Shown here in pieces: positions 31,037 through 40,314 of a stretch of 64,000 nt of DNA. Location of the stretch: NCBI GenBank assembly GCA_038326615.1, contig JBBQKF010000001.1, positions 13,472 to 77,471 of the forward strand. The letters run 5' to 3'. The notes beneath the pieces were generated by a model. The model was not told the origin of the DNA. It saw only the letters and a list, made by a program, of their open reading frames with translations, and searched no databases. The DNA comes from Saccharofermentanales bacterium (GTDB lineage: Bacteria; Bacillota; Clostridia; Saccharofermentanales; UBA5734). The position numbers were made by a program, and so were the translations under genes. Each line of letters begins with the position of its first letter. Positions within the stretch are counted from its first letter, which is position 1.

Positions 31037-32320
31037 TTATCTCTTTGACAATACATTTTCTTCGTACTCATGAACATCATTTAACCAGTCAGTTCCGGCA
31101 GGGACACCCATGTCAAGGCAATATTTATTCCATACAGCGCCAACAGGAAGCGAACGGAAGTCGTCCATCATAGCAAGACGATCACCAAAACGGCTCTCGA
31201 TTTCTGCTGTTTGAATTAAATCTGTTGGTTCAAGTAGTGCGCCAAGAATTGCTTTCTGTGTTGCTCTAGCTCCGATAACCCATGCAGATATACGGTTTAT
31301 AGATGCATCAAAGAAGTCAAGTGCAAGATGGACACGCTCGAAAGCATCAGCGCGTTTGATTTCGCGGATAACTTCCTGAACATCATCATTTGAAATTACA
31401 ACGTGGTCAGAATCCCAACGAACTCCGCGGCTTACATGAACGAGGATGTCTTTATTGAATAGCAACAAAGCACTGATTTTGTCAGCAATTGTTTCGGTTG
31501 GGTGGAAATGCCCCATATCAAGTGTTAACATAAGGTCTTCATTTCCTTTAGTTTTTGCATAGCCAAGATAGCTCATGTAAAATTCATGTGAACCAACAAC
31601 AAAACTTTCTGATCCAATTCCAAAAAGTTTAGATTCAAGGCCTTCAAGATAAACATCCGGAGATATGGTTTCTTCAAGAATCTCATCAAGTGAATCTTTG
31701 AGGAGCTTTCTGTAAAGAGTTTTGTTTGCAGTAAGATCCTTCATGCCGTCTGGAATCCATATGTTTGTGACACAGGCAGATCCACAGGCGCGTCCCATAT
31801 CGGCAGCTATACGACGGCTTGCTTTTACATGATCAATCCAGAAACGACGAATTTCATCTTTAGGATTTGAAAGTGTAAGATTATCAGCAGCCATTGGGTG
31901 TCCAAAACAAGAAGGGTTGAAATCAAGACCGATTTTTCTTGAAACTGCCCAGTCAATCCACTTTTGGAAATGCTTTGTCTCGTATTTATTACGATCAACT
32001 TTTTCACCTTCAAGTTCTGCATAACATGCATGAACATTAACTCTTTGCTTTCCTGGTAGAAGGCTCATTGTTTTATCTAAATCAGCACGAAGCTCCACAC
32101 CATCTCTTGATTTACCAGGGTAGTTTCCTGTTACCATAATACCACCGGATGTTCCACCAGAGCCGGCTTCAAGTCCTTGAATATCATCTCCCTGCCAGCA
32201 GTGAAGTGAAACTTCAATTGATTTCATCTTCTCAAGCACAGCCTCGACGTCTACACCATATTGAGAATAAAGGGTTTTAGCGGCTTCGTAAGCCAAATTG
32301 ACATTTTCTTTTGAATGCAT
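31037..32320 (-). CDS. rhaA: L-rhamnose isomerase (RhaA family)
   Basis: 427 aa, collinear with E. coli RhaA as I recall it: SLHCWQGDD, TGNYPGK, LDFNPSCF, NIWIPDGMKD, ESKLFGIG, GHFHPTE, VSRGVRWDSDHVV, LDFFDASINRI. Confidence 0.9.
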   Translation of the reverse strand: MHSKENVNLAYEAAKTLYSQYGVDVEAVLEKMKSIEVSLHCWQGDDIQGLEAGSGGTSGGIMVTGNYPGKSRDGVELRADLDKTMSLLPGKQRVNVHACYAELEGEKVDRNKYETKHFQKWIDWAVSRKIGLDFNPSCFGHPMAADNLTLSNPKDEIRRFWIDHVKASRRIAADMGRACGSACVTNIWIPDGMKDLTANKTLYRKLLKDSLDEILEETISPDVYLEGLESKLFGIGSESFVVGSHEFYMSYLGYAKTKGNEDLMLTLDMGHFHPTETIADKISALLLFNKDILVHVSRGVRWDSDHVVISNDDVQEVIREIKRADAFERVHLALDFFDASINRISAWVIGARATQKAILGALLEPTDLIQTAEIESRFGDRLAMMDDFRSLPVGAVWNKYCLDMGVPAGTDWLNDVHEYEENVLSKR

Positions 32321-32428
32321 TTTGAAATCCTCCCTTTTAATTTTTGCAAAATTTTACTTTTTAATGTGATCAAAGTATTGGTTTTTAATATAATCAAATT
32401 ATTTGTTTCTAAAATTAACAAAGCATCA

Positions 32429-32464
32429 GGCTTTTATGGTTTTTATGGTTTTATTGGTTTTTAT
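32429..32464. repeat. 9-bp tandem repeat x4 (GGYTTTTAT) upstream of rhaA
   Basis: ggcttttat ggtttttat ggttttatt ggtttttat. Confidence 0.85.
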
Positions 32465-32645
32465 GTATATTAAAATCTCAGATAACGAGTTAACAATAAC
32501 GAGCAACAGATTTGACTATGATATGGAATGTATAATGATTTATACCTTATTATGATTGAACAAGTAAATTATTTCAAGCAATTTTAAAAAAATATTATTT
32601 CTTTATCTAAAATTATTATAAGATCCCTATGAAATTCTTATGATG

Positions 32646-32724
32646 TTCTTATAAATTTCCTATAATAATCTTATAACAATTTTTTAAAGTTCATATAATA
32701 TTCTTACAAATTTCCTATAATAAT
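32646..32724. repeat. 24-bp direct repeat at 55-bp spacing, within an array of TTCTTATAA-like motifs
   Basis: ttcttataaatttcctataataat (32646-32669) and ttcttacaaatttcctataataat (32701-32724), 23 of 24 identical. Related ttcttat(g/a)a motifs begin at 32635 and 32744. Confidence 0.85.
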
Positions 32725-32757
32725 ATTTGGAAATCATATAAATTTCTTATAAAATTA

Positions 32758-34053
32758 TTATGAAAATCTCATCTTTGCATAATCTTTAAAAAACGCAATT
32801 CTCTTGTATAACGAAGGCATCTTTGACACTGTTTTGTCAGAGAACATCCCTTCTGAAAGATCAATAGTTGCACTCCATTCATGGCCAATAAGCGCCCATG
32901 CGGCATCAATAAGGTTTGCAAACTCAGGTTTACGCATTGCTTCACAGACGAATTTCTGTCGTGGTTGATTTATATCTTCACCACTTATTTGGAAAAACCC
33001 GTTCTTGTCACAATTAGCACGAAGTCTTTCGAGTTGTGCAGGTGTATTTCTAGAAGGCATATATGTTATTGAATTAAAGCCAGTCTCACGAATTGTATTA
33101 AACACATCATCAAGGAATTCATCTTCGAATTTTTGTGCTTTCTTATCGCCGGTAACTGATTCTGTAACATCTCCAAGGTATGCATATGCAAGAATTATTC
33201 CGTGTTTTTTTGTAAATGCTGCAACCTCGGCTATTGGAAGTGCTTCTTTTGTGGCAGGAATATAAAATTGTTCAACCATATTTCCTTTTAAAATATTTAA
33301 AAGGTCGTATTCATAAATTTCATTTGATTTGTCAAGAAGAAGCTCTCTGGTTTTACCTTTTACTGAGATATTAAGAGATTTCTCCATGAAATCAAGAAGT
33401 TTTTCACCTCTGCCAAACTGGGTTGTGAGTTTTTTTGCAACAGCATAAAGGAGATGCCTTTCGGTAACACTTCCTCCTTCATGAGCCATTGATAGGGGGA
33501 GAACGTCTAAATCATAATCAACTTCGATTCTTGCGGGCAAAAGAATTTTATTAATTTCAACTATCATTTCGCGATTTCTAATGCCACGGGCAACACAGAT
33601 AGGTGCAAAAAATTCTTTTAATGCAGGAATTGCTGTATGCGGAATTCCGTGCATTGCAACATATGCAACTGTATCCTGATCAGGATTGTTAATCCTTCGT
33701 CCATCAAGAATTGTTCCTGCAAATGTTGCCCTTACTTCAGCTCCGATAGTCGTAGGCATTCCCATTATAAGTCCTGCCTTAATAAATTCCTCGGCACCAC
33801 TAATTGAATCATGGTCCATAATCCCAGTTGTCAAAAGCCCTGTTTCCCATGAACGGTATACTGCTTTTGCCGGTGAATATGGTGAAAACGAGTAGATTGA
33901 ATGAATATGGCTGTTAACGTCATTTTGTCTTATTGGCGCAGAGATAAAACCTTTATCTACTGCATCTTTTAGCTTATTTAACGCAAGAAGCCTGTCATCC
34001 ATATTTGGTGCATTTAATTCTGATATTAGGATGTCGATTTCATTTTGTTCCAT
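32758..34053 (-). CDS. PHP-domain metal-dependent phosphoesterase
   Basis: 431 aa. N-terminal HxH (NSHIHSIYS) followed by GIMDHDSISG, typical of PHP-fold phosphoesterases. Good RBS (AAAGGAG). Confidence 0.7.
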   Translation of the reverse strand: MEQNEIDILISELNAPNMDDRLLALNKLKDAVDKGFISAPIRQNDVNSHIHSIYSFSPYSPAKAVYRSWETGLLTTGIMDHDSISGAEEFIKAGLIMGMPTTIGAEVRATFAGTILDGRRINNPDQDTVAYVAMHGIPHTAIPALKEFFAPICVARGIRNREMIVEINKILLPARIEVDYDLDVLPLSMAHEGGSVTERHLLYAVAKKLTTQFGRGEKLLDFMEKSLNISVKGKTRELLLDKSNEIYEYDLLNILKGNMVEQFYIPATKEALPIAEVAAFTKKHGIILAYAYLGDVTESVTGDKKAQKFEDEFLDDVFNTIRETGFNSITYMPSRNTPAQLERLRANCDKNGFFQISGEDINQPRQKFVCEAMRKPEFANLIDAAWALIGHEWSATIDLSEGMFSDKTVSKMPSLYKRIAFFKDYAKMRFS

Positions 34054-34116
34054 AAAAGTCTCCTTTTATAAAGTTTTAACACAATTAATCCGTGTAAAAA
34101 TTGTTTGGATGAAAGG

Positions 34117-34235
34117 AAAAACTTCGCAAGACAAGGCGCGGGAAGCTTCAAATGAAGGATCATATACATAACATGTGACTGAATTTGAAGCATTCCGCAA
34201 CGCAGTAAGTCATAAAATGACGATTGCGAAGTTTT
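34117..34235 (-). terminator. Long compound hairpin after the E1 gene (terminator or attenuator-like)
   Basis: Outer arms aaaacttcgcaa / ttgcgaagtttt, inner arms ggaagcttcaaat / atttgaagcattcc. It starts 12 nt after the E1 stop, and the minus strand follows the stem with UUUUU. Confidence 0.4.
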
Positions 34236-34247
34236 AACACATCCCGA

Positions 34248-36725
34248 TTAGACGCCGAGTTTAGCACGTCTCATAAGTTCCACATCATTGAAACTACGAG
34301 TAGGTGTATATCCTGCGATAGGCATAATGCGCTCGTGAATTATGTCGATGAACCAATCTTCTTGTGGGAAGAAGTGTTCTTCAAGCTCAAAAGCAGGTGT
34401 AATCCAGTTACGTGAACCAAGAACAACTGCAGGCGCATCAAGATCGTCAAAGCAAAGGTCGTTAATATTTCTTGCAAGGTCATTTAAGTATGAACCACGG
34501 TCACATGCATCACTTGAAAGAAGAATTTTTCCTGTCTTTTTAACAGACTCAACAACTTTTTCGAAATTAAATGGAACCATTGAACGTGCATCAATAACTT
34601 CAGCACTGATTCCGTATTTTTCTTCAAGTGTTTTTGCAGCGTCAAGGGCACGATAAAGTGTTGCACCAATTGTTAGAATTGTAATGTCTTTACCTGCTCT
34701 TTTGATATCTGGTTCACCAATAGGAATTTCATAGCTTTCAACAGGTACGCCACCAGTGTGGAATTGTTCTGCGATATCATATAATCTTTGGCTTTCAAAG
34801 AATATAACAGGGTCAGATCCGTTAAGAGCAGTTGTCATAAGACCCTTCGCATCGTAAGGTGTTACAGGGAAAACAACTTTTATTCCAGGAATTTGTGTAA
34901 CAAGAGATGTCCAATCCTGTGAGTGCTGTGCGCCATATTTAGACCCAACAGAAACACGTAGTACTACAGGCATTTTGAGAATTCCTGCTGACATTGCCTG
35001 CCATTTTGGAAGCTGGTTGAAAACTTCATCTCCAGCACGGCCTAAGAAGTCACAGTACATAAGCTCGACAAGTGCACGTCCTCCGCACATTGCATATCCG
35101 ACTGCAGATCCAACGATAGCAGCTTCTGCAATTGGTGAGTTAAATAAACGGTGGTAAGGAATTGCTTCTGTTAATCCACGATAAACAGCGAAAGCGCCGC
35201 CCCAGTCACGATTTTCTTCGCCATAAGCAATCAATGTTGGATCTTCGTAGAATTTGTCGATTATTGCTTCAAAAACAGCATCTCTGTACTGATAAACTTT
35301 GTTTTTAGAAACTGCTTTACCATTTGCATCAAATGCAAAACGCTCTTTTTTTGCGATTGCAAGTACACGAGGATTTTCTTCTTTTGGCATAAGAACATCT
35401 GGCTTACGGTCTTCCATTTTTGCAATTTTCTGATTTGAAAACATTATTTTCTCAATAGCATCAGGTGTTTTGAAAAGATCCATACGAGGTGAAATGACAG
35501 GGTCTGAAGCCATCTGAACAGCATTTGTAACAGTCTGAATAATCATATCGTCGATTGCTGCAAAATCACTGTCTTTTGCAACACCAGCTGCAATTAATTT
35601 GAGTCTGAAATCAACAATTGAATCCTGAGCCATCCATGCGTCTTTTTCTTCTGTTGTACGATATGAATCAGCATCAGAAGGTGAATGTCCTGAATAACGA
35701 TAAGTTAGAGTATCAAGAAGCACAGGACCATTTTTGTTCTTAAGAATATCAATTTTTCTTGTCATTGCTTCGATCACGGCAAGAGGGTTATATCCATCAA
35801 TTCTCTCAGAATGCATCTGTTCTTTGTTAACACCAGCACCGATTCTTGCAAGGAAATCATATCCCATTGTTTCTCCGCGTGTTTGTCCGCCCATAGCGTA
35901 CTGATTGTCCATAACATTAAGAAGTAATGGTAATCCGCCCTTCATATCGCCTTCCCAAAGAGTTTTGTACTGATCCATAACTGACATCATGATTCCTTCC
36001 CAAACAGGACCGCATGCCATAGAACCATCACCTATATTACAAATAACAATTCCCTTTTTGCGATTAACTTTTTTGAAAAGAGCAGCACCTACAGAAATAT
36101 CAGCAGATCCACCAACGATTGCGTTGTTAGGATAAATTCCGAAAGGAAGGAAAAATGCATGCATTGATCCGCCAAGACCCTTATGGAATCCTGTTTCTTT
36201 TGCAAATATTTCAGCTAAAGCACCGTATATAAGGAAATCAATTGCAATTTCTTTAACTGTTTTGCTCTTACCCTCATGGAAATTTAATACTGCACGGTAT
36301 GCATCTCCACCAAGGAATTCTTCCATAATTGACACTAACTCAGCGTCAGAAAGCTTATGAATGGATGAAAGCCCTTTTGCAAGAATTTCACCATGACTTC
36401 TGTGAGAACCGAAAATATAGTCATCAGTTGTTAGCAAATATGCTTGTCCAACTGAAGATGCTTCCTGTCCCATTGAAAGATGTGCTGGACCTGGATTATT
36501 ATAATCAATACCATTATAAGCATTAGTTGTTTTGATTGTGTAAAGCATTGTTTCGAACTCACGGATAAAACGCATGTCGCGGTAGATTCTCATAAAATCT
36601 TCTTTTGAGTAATTTGCCTTTTCCTGTTCGATTGTCTTTTCGTACTGGTTTACAGGGATTTTGTTAAATTCAATAAACCCTGGTTTCCTCATTTCTGTAG
36701 GATCAATGTGCAAAATTTTAGTCAT
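34248..36725 (-). CDS. TPP-dependent dehydrogenase E1 component, fused alpha and beta subunits
   Basis: About 825 aa. The N-terminal half has the E1-alpha pattern (GPAHLSMGQEASSVG, and the TPP motif GDGSMACG...NVMDNQYAMG). The C-terminal half is E1-beta/transketolase-like (PIAEAAIVGSAVGYAMCGGRALVELMYCDF). Start set at the ATG at 36725, with GGAGG 8 nt upstream. Confidence 0.85.
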   Translation of the reverse strand: MTKILHIDPTEMRKPGFIEFNKIPVNQYEKTIEQEKANYSKEDFMRIYRDMRFIREFETMLYTIKTTNAYNGIDYNNPGPAHLSMGQEASSVGQAYLLTTDDYIFGSHRSHGEILAKGLSSIHKLSDAELVSIMEEFLGGDAYRAVLNFHEGKSKTVKEIAIDFLIYGALAEIFAKETGFHKGLGGSMHAFFLPFGIYPNNAIVGGSADISVGAALFKKVNRKKGIVICNIGDGSMACGPVWEGIMMSVMDQYKTLWEGDMKGGLPLLLNVMDNQYAMGGQTRGETMGYDFLARIGAGVNKEQMHSERIDGYNPLAVIEAMTRKIDILKNKNGPVLLDTLTYRYSGHSPSDADSYRTTEEKDAWMAQDSIVDFRLKLIAAGVAKDSDFAAIDDMIIQTVTNAVQMASDPVISPRMDLFKTPDAIEKIMFSNQKIAKMEDRKPDVLMPKEENPRVLAIAKKERFAFDANGKAVSKNKVYQYRDAVFEAIIDKFYEDPTLIAYGEENRDWGGAFAVYRGLTEAIPYHRLFNSPIAEAAIVGSAVGYAMCGGRALVELMYCDFLGRAGDEVFNQLPKWQAMSAGILKMPVVLRVSVGSKYGAQHSQDWTSLVTQIPGIKVVFPVTPYDAKGLMTTALNGSDPVIFFESQRLYDIAEQFHTGGVPVESYEIPIGEPDIKRAGKDITILTIGATLYRALDAAKTLEEKYGISAEVIDARSMVPFNFEKVVESVKKTGKILLSSDACDRGSYLNDLARNINDLCFDDLDAPAVVLGSRNWITPAFELEEHFFPQEDWFIDIIHERIMPIAGYTPTRSFNDVELMRRAKLGV

Positions 36726-36769
36726 TTCTATTACCTCCAATTATTTCAATTCTTTTTTCTTACTATTTA

Positions 36770-36862
36770 TTTTACTATTTTTTATTTCTCAATTTAATAC
36801 TTTTACTATTTTTTATTTCTCAATTTAATACTTTTACTTTTTTTATTTCTTAATTTAATAAC
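36770..36862. repeat. 31-bp tandem repeat x3 in the E3-E1 spacer
   Basis: ttttactattttttatttctcaatttaatac occurs twice exactly (36770-36800 and 36801-36831), followed by a diverged third copy. Confidence 0.9.
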
Positions 36863-36870
36863 TTTTTTAT

Positions 36871-36905
36871 ATTGTTTTCTTGTATTGTTTTCTTGTATTG
36901 TTATT
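36871..36905. repeat. 13-bp tandem repeat x2.7 (attgttttcttgt)
   Basis: Two exact copies (36871-36883 and 36884-36896) plus a partial third. Confidence 0.9.
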
Positions 36906-37097
36906 CCAATTCTTTTCCTAGACTGTTTAAATAACTGCAAGTGTCACTTTTATGTTCTTCTGTTAAAACTGCACTATTCTCAATTTTGCTTCTAGTCCTT
37001 TTGCTTTGATTCTATGTGTGCCAATAAAATTTTTCATTGATATATTTTCATTCTTGAAAAATTAAGTCGACTAAAAATCAAAAGGCTCTGTTACATT

Positions 37098-38459
37098 TTA
37101 TAATTGAAAAATGGCTTCGCGGATTATCTCGCAGACTGTAGGATGAGGAAAAATGAATTCTTTGATATCTTCAATTTTCATTTCAGTTTCAATAAGCATC
37201 GCTGCTGCAACTATAATTTCTGATGCATAACTTCCTATAATATGACATCCAATCATACGATTGCGAGAAGGCTCAACGAGAACTTTACAAATTCCGTCTC
37301 CGCCTTCATTTTCAGCCATGTAGCGGCCAGAATAATTCATGGAAATATTTGCCACCTTATATTCGATCCCTTTAGCTTTACAGGTTTCTTCTGTTTCACC
37401 GACACATCCAACTTCTGGATTTGTGTAAATAACTGAAGGAACCGCGTTGTAACGTACAACATCTTTTTTGCCCAAAATGTTATTAATTACAACTTCAGAT
37501 TCTCTGTAAGCTGCGTGAGCGAGCATCCATACACCATTAACATCACCTGTTGCAAAAACTCCTGGGACGTTTGTGTTTCCTTTGTCATCAACAACAATGT
37601 GTCCACGTTCTATAAGTACGCCTATATTTTCGAGTCCAAATCCTGCTGTTACAGGTCTTCTTCCGATCGACATTAGTACATACTCTGCTTCGATTAATTC
37701 TTTTTTACCATTATCTTCGTATTCTACGAAACCTTTTGGCATTCCTGTTACTTTACATAAAAGTTTAAATGTAACGCCCTTCTTCTCATAGTTTTTCTGA
37801 AGAATTGTTGAAATTTCACGGTCTGTTGGTCCTGCAATTTTCTCTAACATTTCTATAACAGTTACTTTAGATCCTACAGAGTTAAAATAACTTGCCATTT
37901 CAAGACCAATGACGCCTCCACCAACTACAACAAGTGATTTAGGTATGATTTCAAGGTTTAAAATTTCACGGTTAGTCATAACATAACCCTGCTCAAGACC
38001 GACTTTCGCTCCGGGAATTGGGGGTACAATTGCTTCAGAACCTGTACAAATTAGCAACTTTGATGTTTCTAAAATTTCATCACCAACTTTTACTTTGATG
38101 ACACCATTTTCACGGCTAACAATTTCGCCAAATCCTTCTTTAACAGTAACATGGTTTGCTTTCATCTGGCCTTTGATCCCGGCTACAAGGTTTTTAACAA
38201 CCTTATTTTTTCTTGCGATTACTGTTTTCTGGTCGATTGAAGCACCTGTTGTTGTTACGCCATATTTTTCACCGTGGTTTGCATAATCAAATATTTTAGC
38301 ACTGTTGAGTAAGGTTTTTGATGGTACACAGCCTTCATTAAGACAAACTCCGCCTAAAAAGCGTTTTTCTATTAGCAAAGTTTTAAGACCGCCATGACCT
38401 GAACGTTCAGCTGCAAGATATCCTGCAGGACCGCCGCCAAGAATAATTATATCGTACAT
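37098..38459 (-). CDS. lpdA: Dihydrolipoyl dehydrogenase (E3)
   Basis: 453 aa. GGGPAGY FAD motif, the redox disulfide GGVCLNEGCVPSK and a C-terminal HPT.E interface motif. Confidence 0.95.
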   Translation of the reverse strand: MYDIIILGGGPAGYLAAERSGHGGLKTLLIEKRFLGGVCLNEGCVPSKTLLNSAKIFDYANHGEKYGVTTTGASIDQKTVIARKNKVVKNLVAGIKGQMKANHVTVKEGFGEIVSRENGVIKVKVGDEILETSKLLICTGSEAIVPPIPGAKVGLEQGYVMTNREILNLEIIPKSLVVVGGGVIGLEMASYFNSVGSKVTVIEMLEKIAGPTDREISTILQKNYEKKGVTFKLLCKVTGMPKGFVEYEDNGKKELIEAEYVLMSIGRRPVTAGFGLENIGVLIERGHIVVDDKGNTNVPGVFATGDVNGVWMLAHAAYRESEVVINNILGKKDVVRYNAVPSVIYTNPEVGCVGETEETCKAKGIEYKVANISMNYSGRYMAENEGGDGICKVLVEPSRNRMIGCHIIGSYASEIIVAAAMLIETEMKIEDIKEFIFPHPTVCEIIREAIFQL

Positions 38460-38472
38460 CGTTATATCCTTT

Positions 38473-40236
38473 CTAGTTCATAAGGAGAAGTGAAAAATTC
38501 TCCAAAGTATCTTTAAGGTCTTTAAGGAATCTTGCTGCAGGGGCACCGTCAAGTGCGCGATGGTCAAAAGTAAGTGATAATCCCATTGACTGATAAGGAA
38601 CAGCAGTTCCATTGACATTTTTTACTGCAGTTACAAGGCATCCAACCCCAAGTATACATGTCTGAGGTGGATTGATAACCGGTGTAAAGTTTTCGATTCC
38701 GAGTGTTCCGAGATTTGTAATTGTTATAGTTCCGTCTTTTAACTGATCAGGAGATATTGTGCCTTTCTGACATGCAGCCGCAACTTCCTTTGCTTTCTTA
38801 GAAATATCTGTAATAGCAAGTTTGTCAGCGCCAAAAATTGTAGGTACTAAAAGTCCTCTTGGTGTATCTACTGCCATTCCTATGTTTACGGTATTGAAAA
38901 ACACCATCTTTTCATCATAGTAATGTGCATTGCATAAGCGATGGTTCTTAACAACTCTTGATACTGCATAAAGGATAACATCGTTAAATGTTGGGTTTGC
39001 CATTGCAAGAGAAAGTCCTAATTGCTCTGCCAATCCTGATTCTTTCGCTTTTTTCATTTTTGCACGGAAATCAATAATGTCAGTTGCATCAAAGCTTGCA
39101 TTGAGTGTAAGTTGAGCCATTGTACTAAGTGAAGCGTGCATTGCTTTAGCAATAAATTTACGGATGGAAGGATGTTTCTCTTCATATGAAGCAGGAAGAT
39201 CTATAGCAGCAACTGATCCAACAACATTTACTGTTGCTTTAGATAAATCCGCGACACTTACTCTTCCGCCTATTCCGCTTCCTTGAGTGCCAGTTGCATA
39301 ATCAGTTCCAACAGCTCCGGTTGCAAACTTTCCATCGGCAATTAACTTACGAATATCTCTTTCGATAACTCTTCCTTTTGGTCCTGAAGGTTGTACTGCT
39401 CTTAAATCAACAACATTCTTGTTAGCAAGAGCTTTTGCTCTTGGAGAAATTGCAAGGCCCGAAACATCAGTGACAGTGGATGAAACCGCCTTATTGTCAG
39501 TGGTTTGAACAGCAGCTGTTGATTGAGTTGATGTTTGCGCTGTTGTTGTAGCAACTTGTGCTACAGGAGCTGATACTTGTTGCTCTGAAGTGGTTGTTCT
39601 TGGTTCAAATGCTGTAACATCGGCGCCTTTTTTGCCAATTACACAGACATTCATAAGACATGGGACATCATCGCCTTCTTCAAAGAAAATCGCAAGCATA
39701 TCGCCTGAAACTTTTGAAGTTTCGTCAAATGTAGCCTTATCTGTTTCGTATGTAAATAAAAGATCTCCAATTGCTACGCTATCGCCAACAGCCTTGTGCC
39801 ATTTGCCGATAATGCAGCTTTCGACTGATTGACCTTGTCTTGGCATGATTACTGCAGTTGCATCGTCTGATGTACTAACGATTGTTTTAGTTGCATCGGC
39901 AAATTTAGCTGCTTGTGGAGCAGAAACCTTTGCTGTTTCAGCTACTGGTGAATCAATAGTAGTTGATGAATTTGGATTAAATGAAGAAGTATCTTCGCCA
40001 ATTTGTCCTATCACACATACATTTGTGAGGCATGGAACGTCATCTCCTTCAAAGAAGTAAACGTCAAGCATAACTCCTGAAACTTTTGATGTTTCATCAA
40101 ATGTTGCTTTGTCAGTTTCATATGTAAAAAGCAAATCTCCCTCGTTAATAGCATCTCCTTTGGATTTGTGCCATTTTCCGATGATGCAGCTTTCGACTGA
40201 CTGACCTTGTCTTGGCATGATTACTGGTGTTGCCAT
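38473..40236 (-). CDS. Dihydrolipoamide acyltransferase (E2) with two lipoyl domains
   Basis: 587 aa. The lipoyl-lysine motif ETDKATFDE occurs twice. There is a peripheral subunit-binding domain (ISPRAKALA) and a catalytic DHRALDG motif. Confidence 0.9.
   Translation of the reverse strand: MATPVIMPRQGQSVESCIIGKWHKSKGDAINEGDLLFTYETDKATFDETSKVSGVMLDVYFFEGDDVPCLTNVCVIGQIGEDTSSFNPNSSTTIDSPVAETAKVSAPQAAKFADATKTIVSTSDDATAVIMPRQGQSVESCIIGKWHKAVGDSVAIGDLLFTYETDKATFDETSKVSGDMLAIFFEEGDDVPCLMNVCVIGKKGADVTAFEPRTTTSEQQVSAPVAQVATTTAQTSTQSTAAVQTTDNKAVSSTVTDVSGLAISPRAKALANKNVVDLRAVQPSGPKGRVIERDIRKLIADGKFATGAVGTDYATGTQGSGIGGRVSVADLSKATVNVVGSVAAIDLPASYEEKHPSIRKFIAKAMHASLSTMAQLTLNASFDATDIIDFRAKMKKAKESGLAEQLGLSLAMANPTFNDVILYAVSRVVKNHRLCNAHYYDEKMVFFNTVNIGMAVDTPRGLLVPTIFGADKLAITDISKKAKEVAAACQKGTISPDQLKDGTITITNLGTLGIENFTPVINPPQTCILGVGCLVTAVKNVNGTAVPYQSMGLSLTFDHRALDGAPAARFLKDLKDTLENFSLLLMN
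39627..40226 (-). repeat. 372-bp-period internal duplication encoding the two near-identical lipoyl domains of E2
   Basis: tggcatgattactg occurs at 39841-39854 and again at 40213-40226. The flanking nucleotides and the encoded VIMPRQGQSVESCIIGKWHK...LLFTYETDKATFDETSKVSG are nearly identical in both copies. Confidence 0.85.
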
Positions 40237-40314
40237 TTATTATTCCTCCTGTTTCTATTACGAAATATTATAGACCGCATATCGCATTGAAATGCGGATT
40301 GTTTTAGAAAGTTC

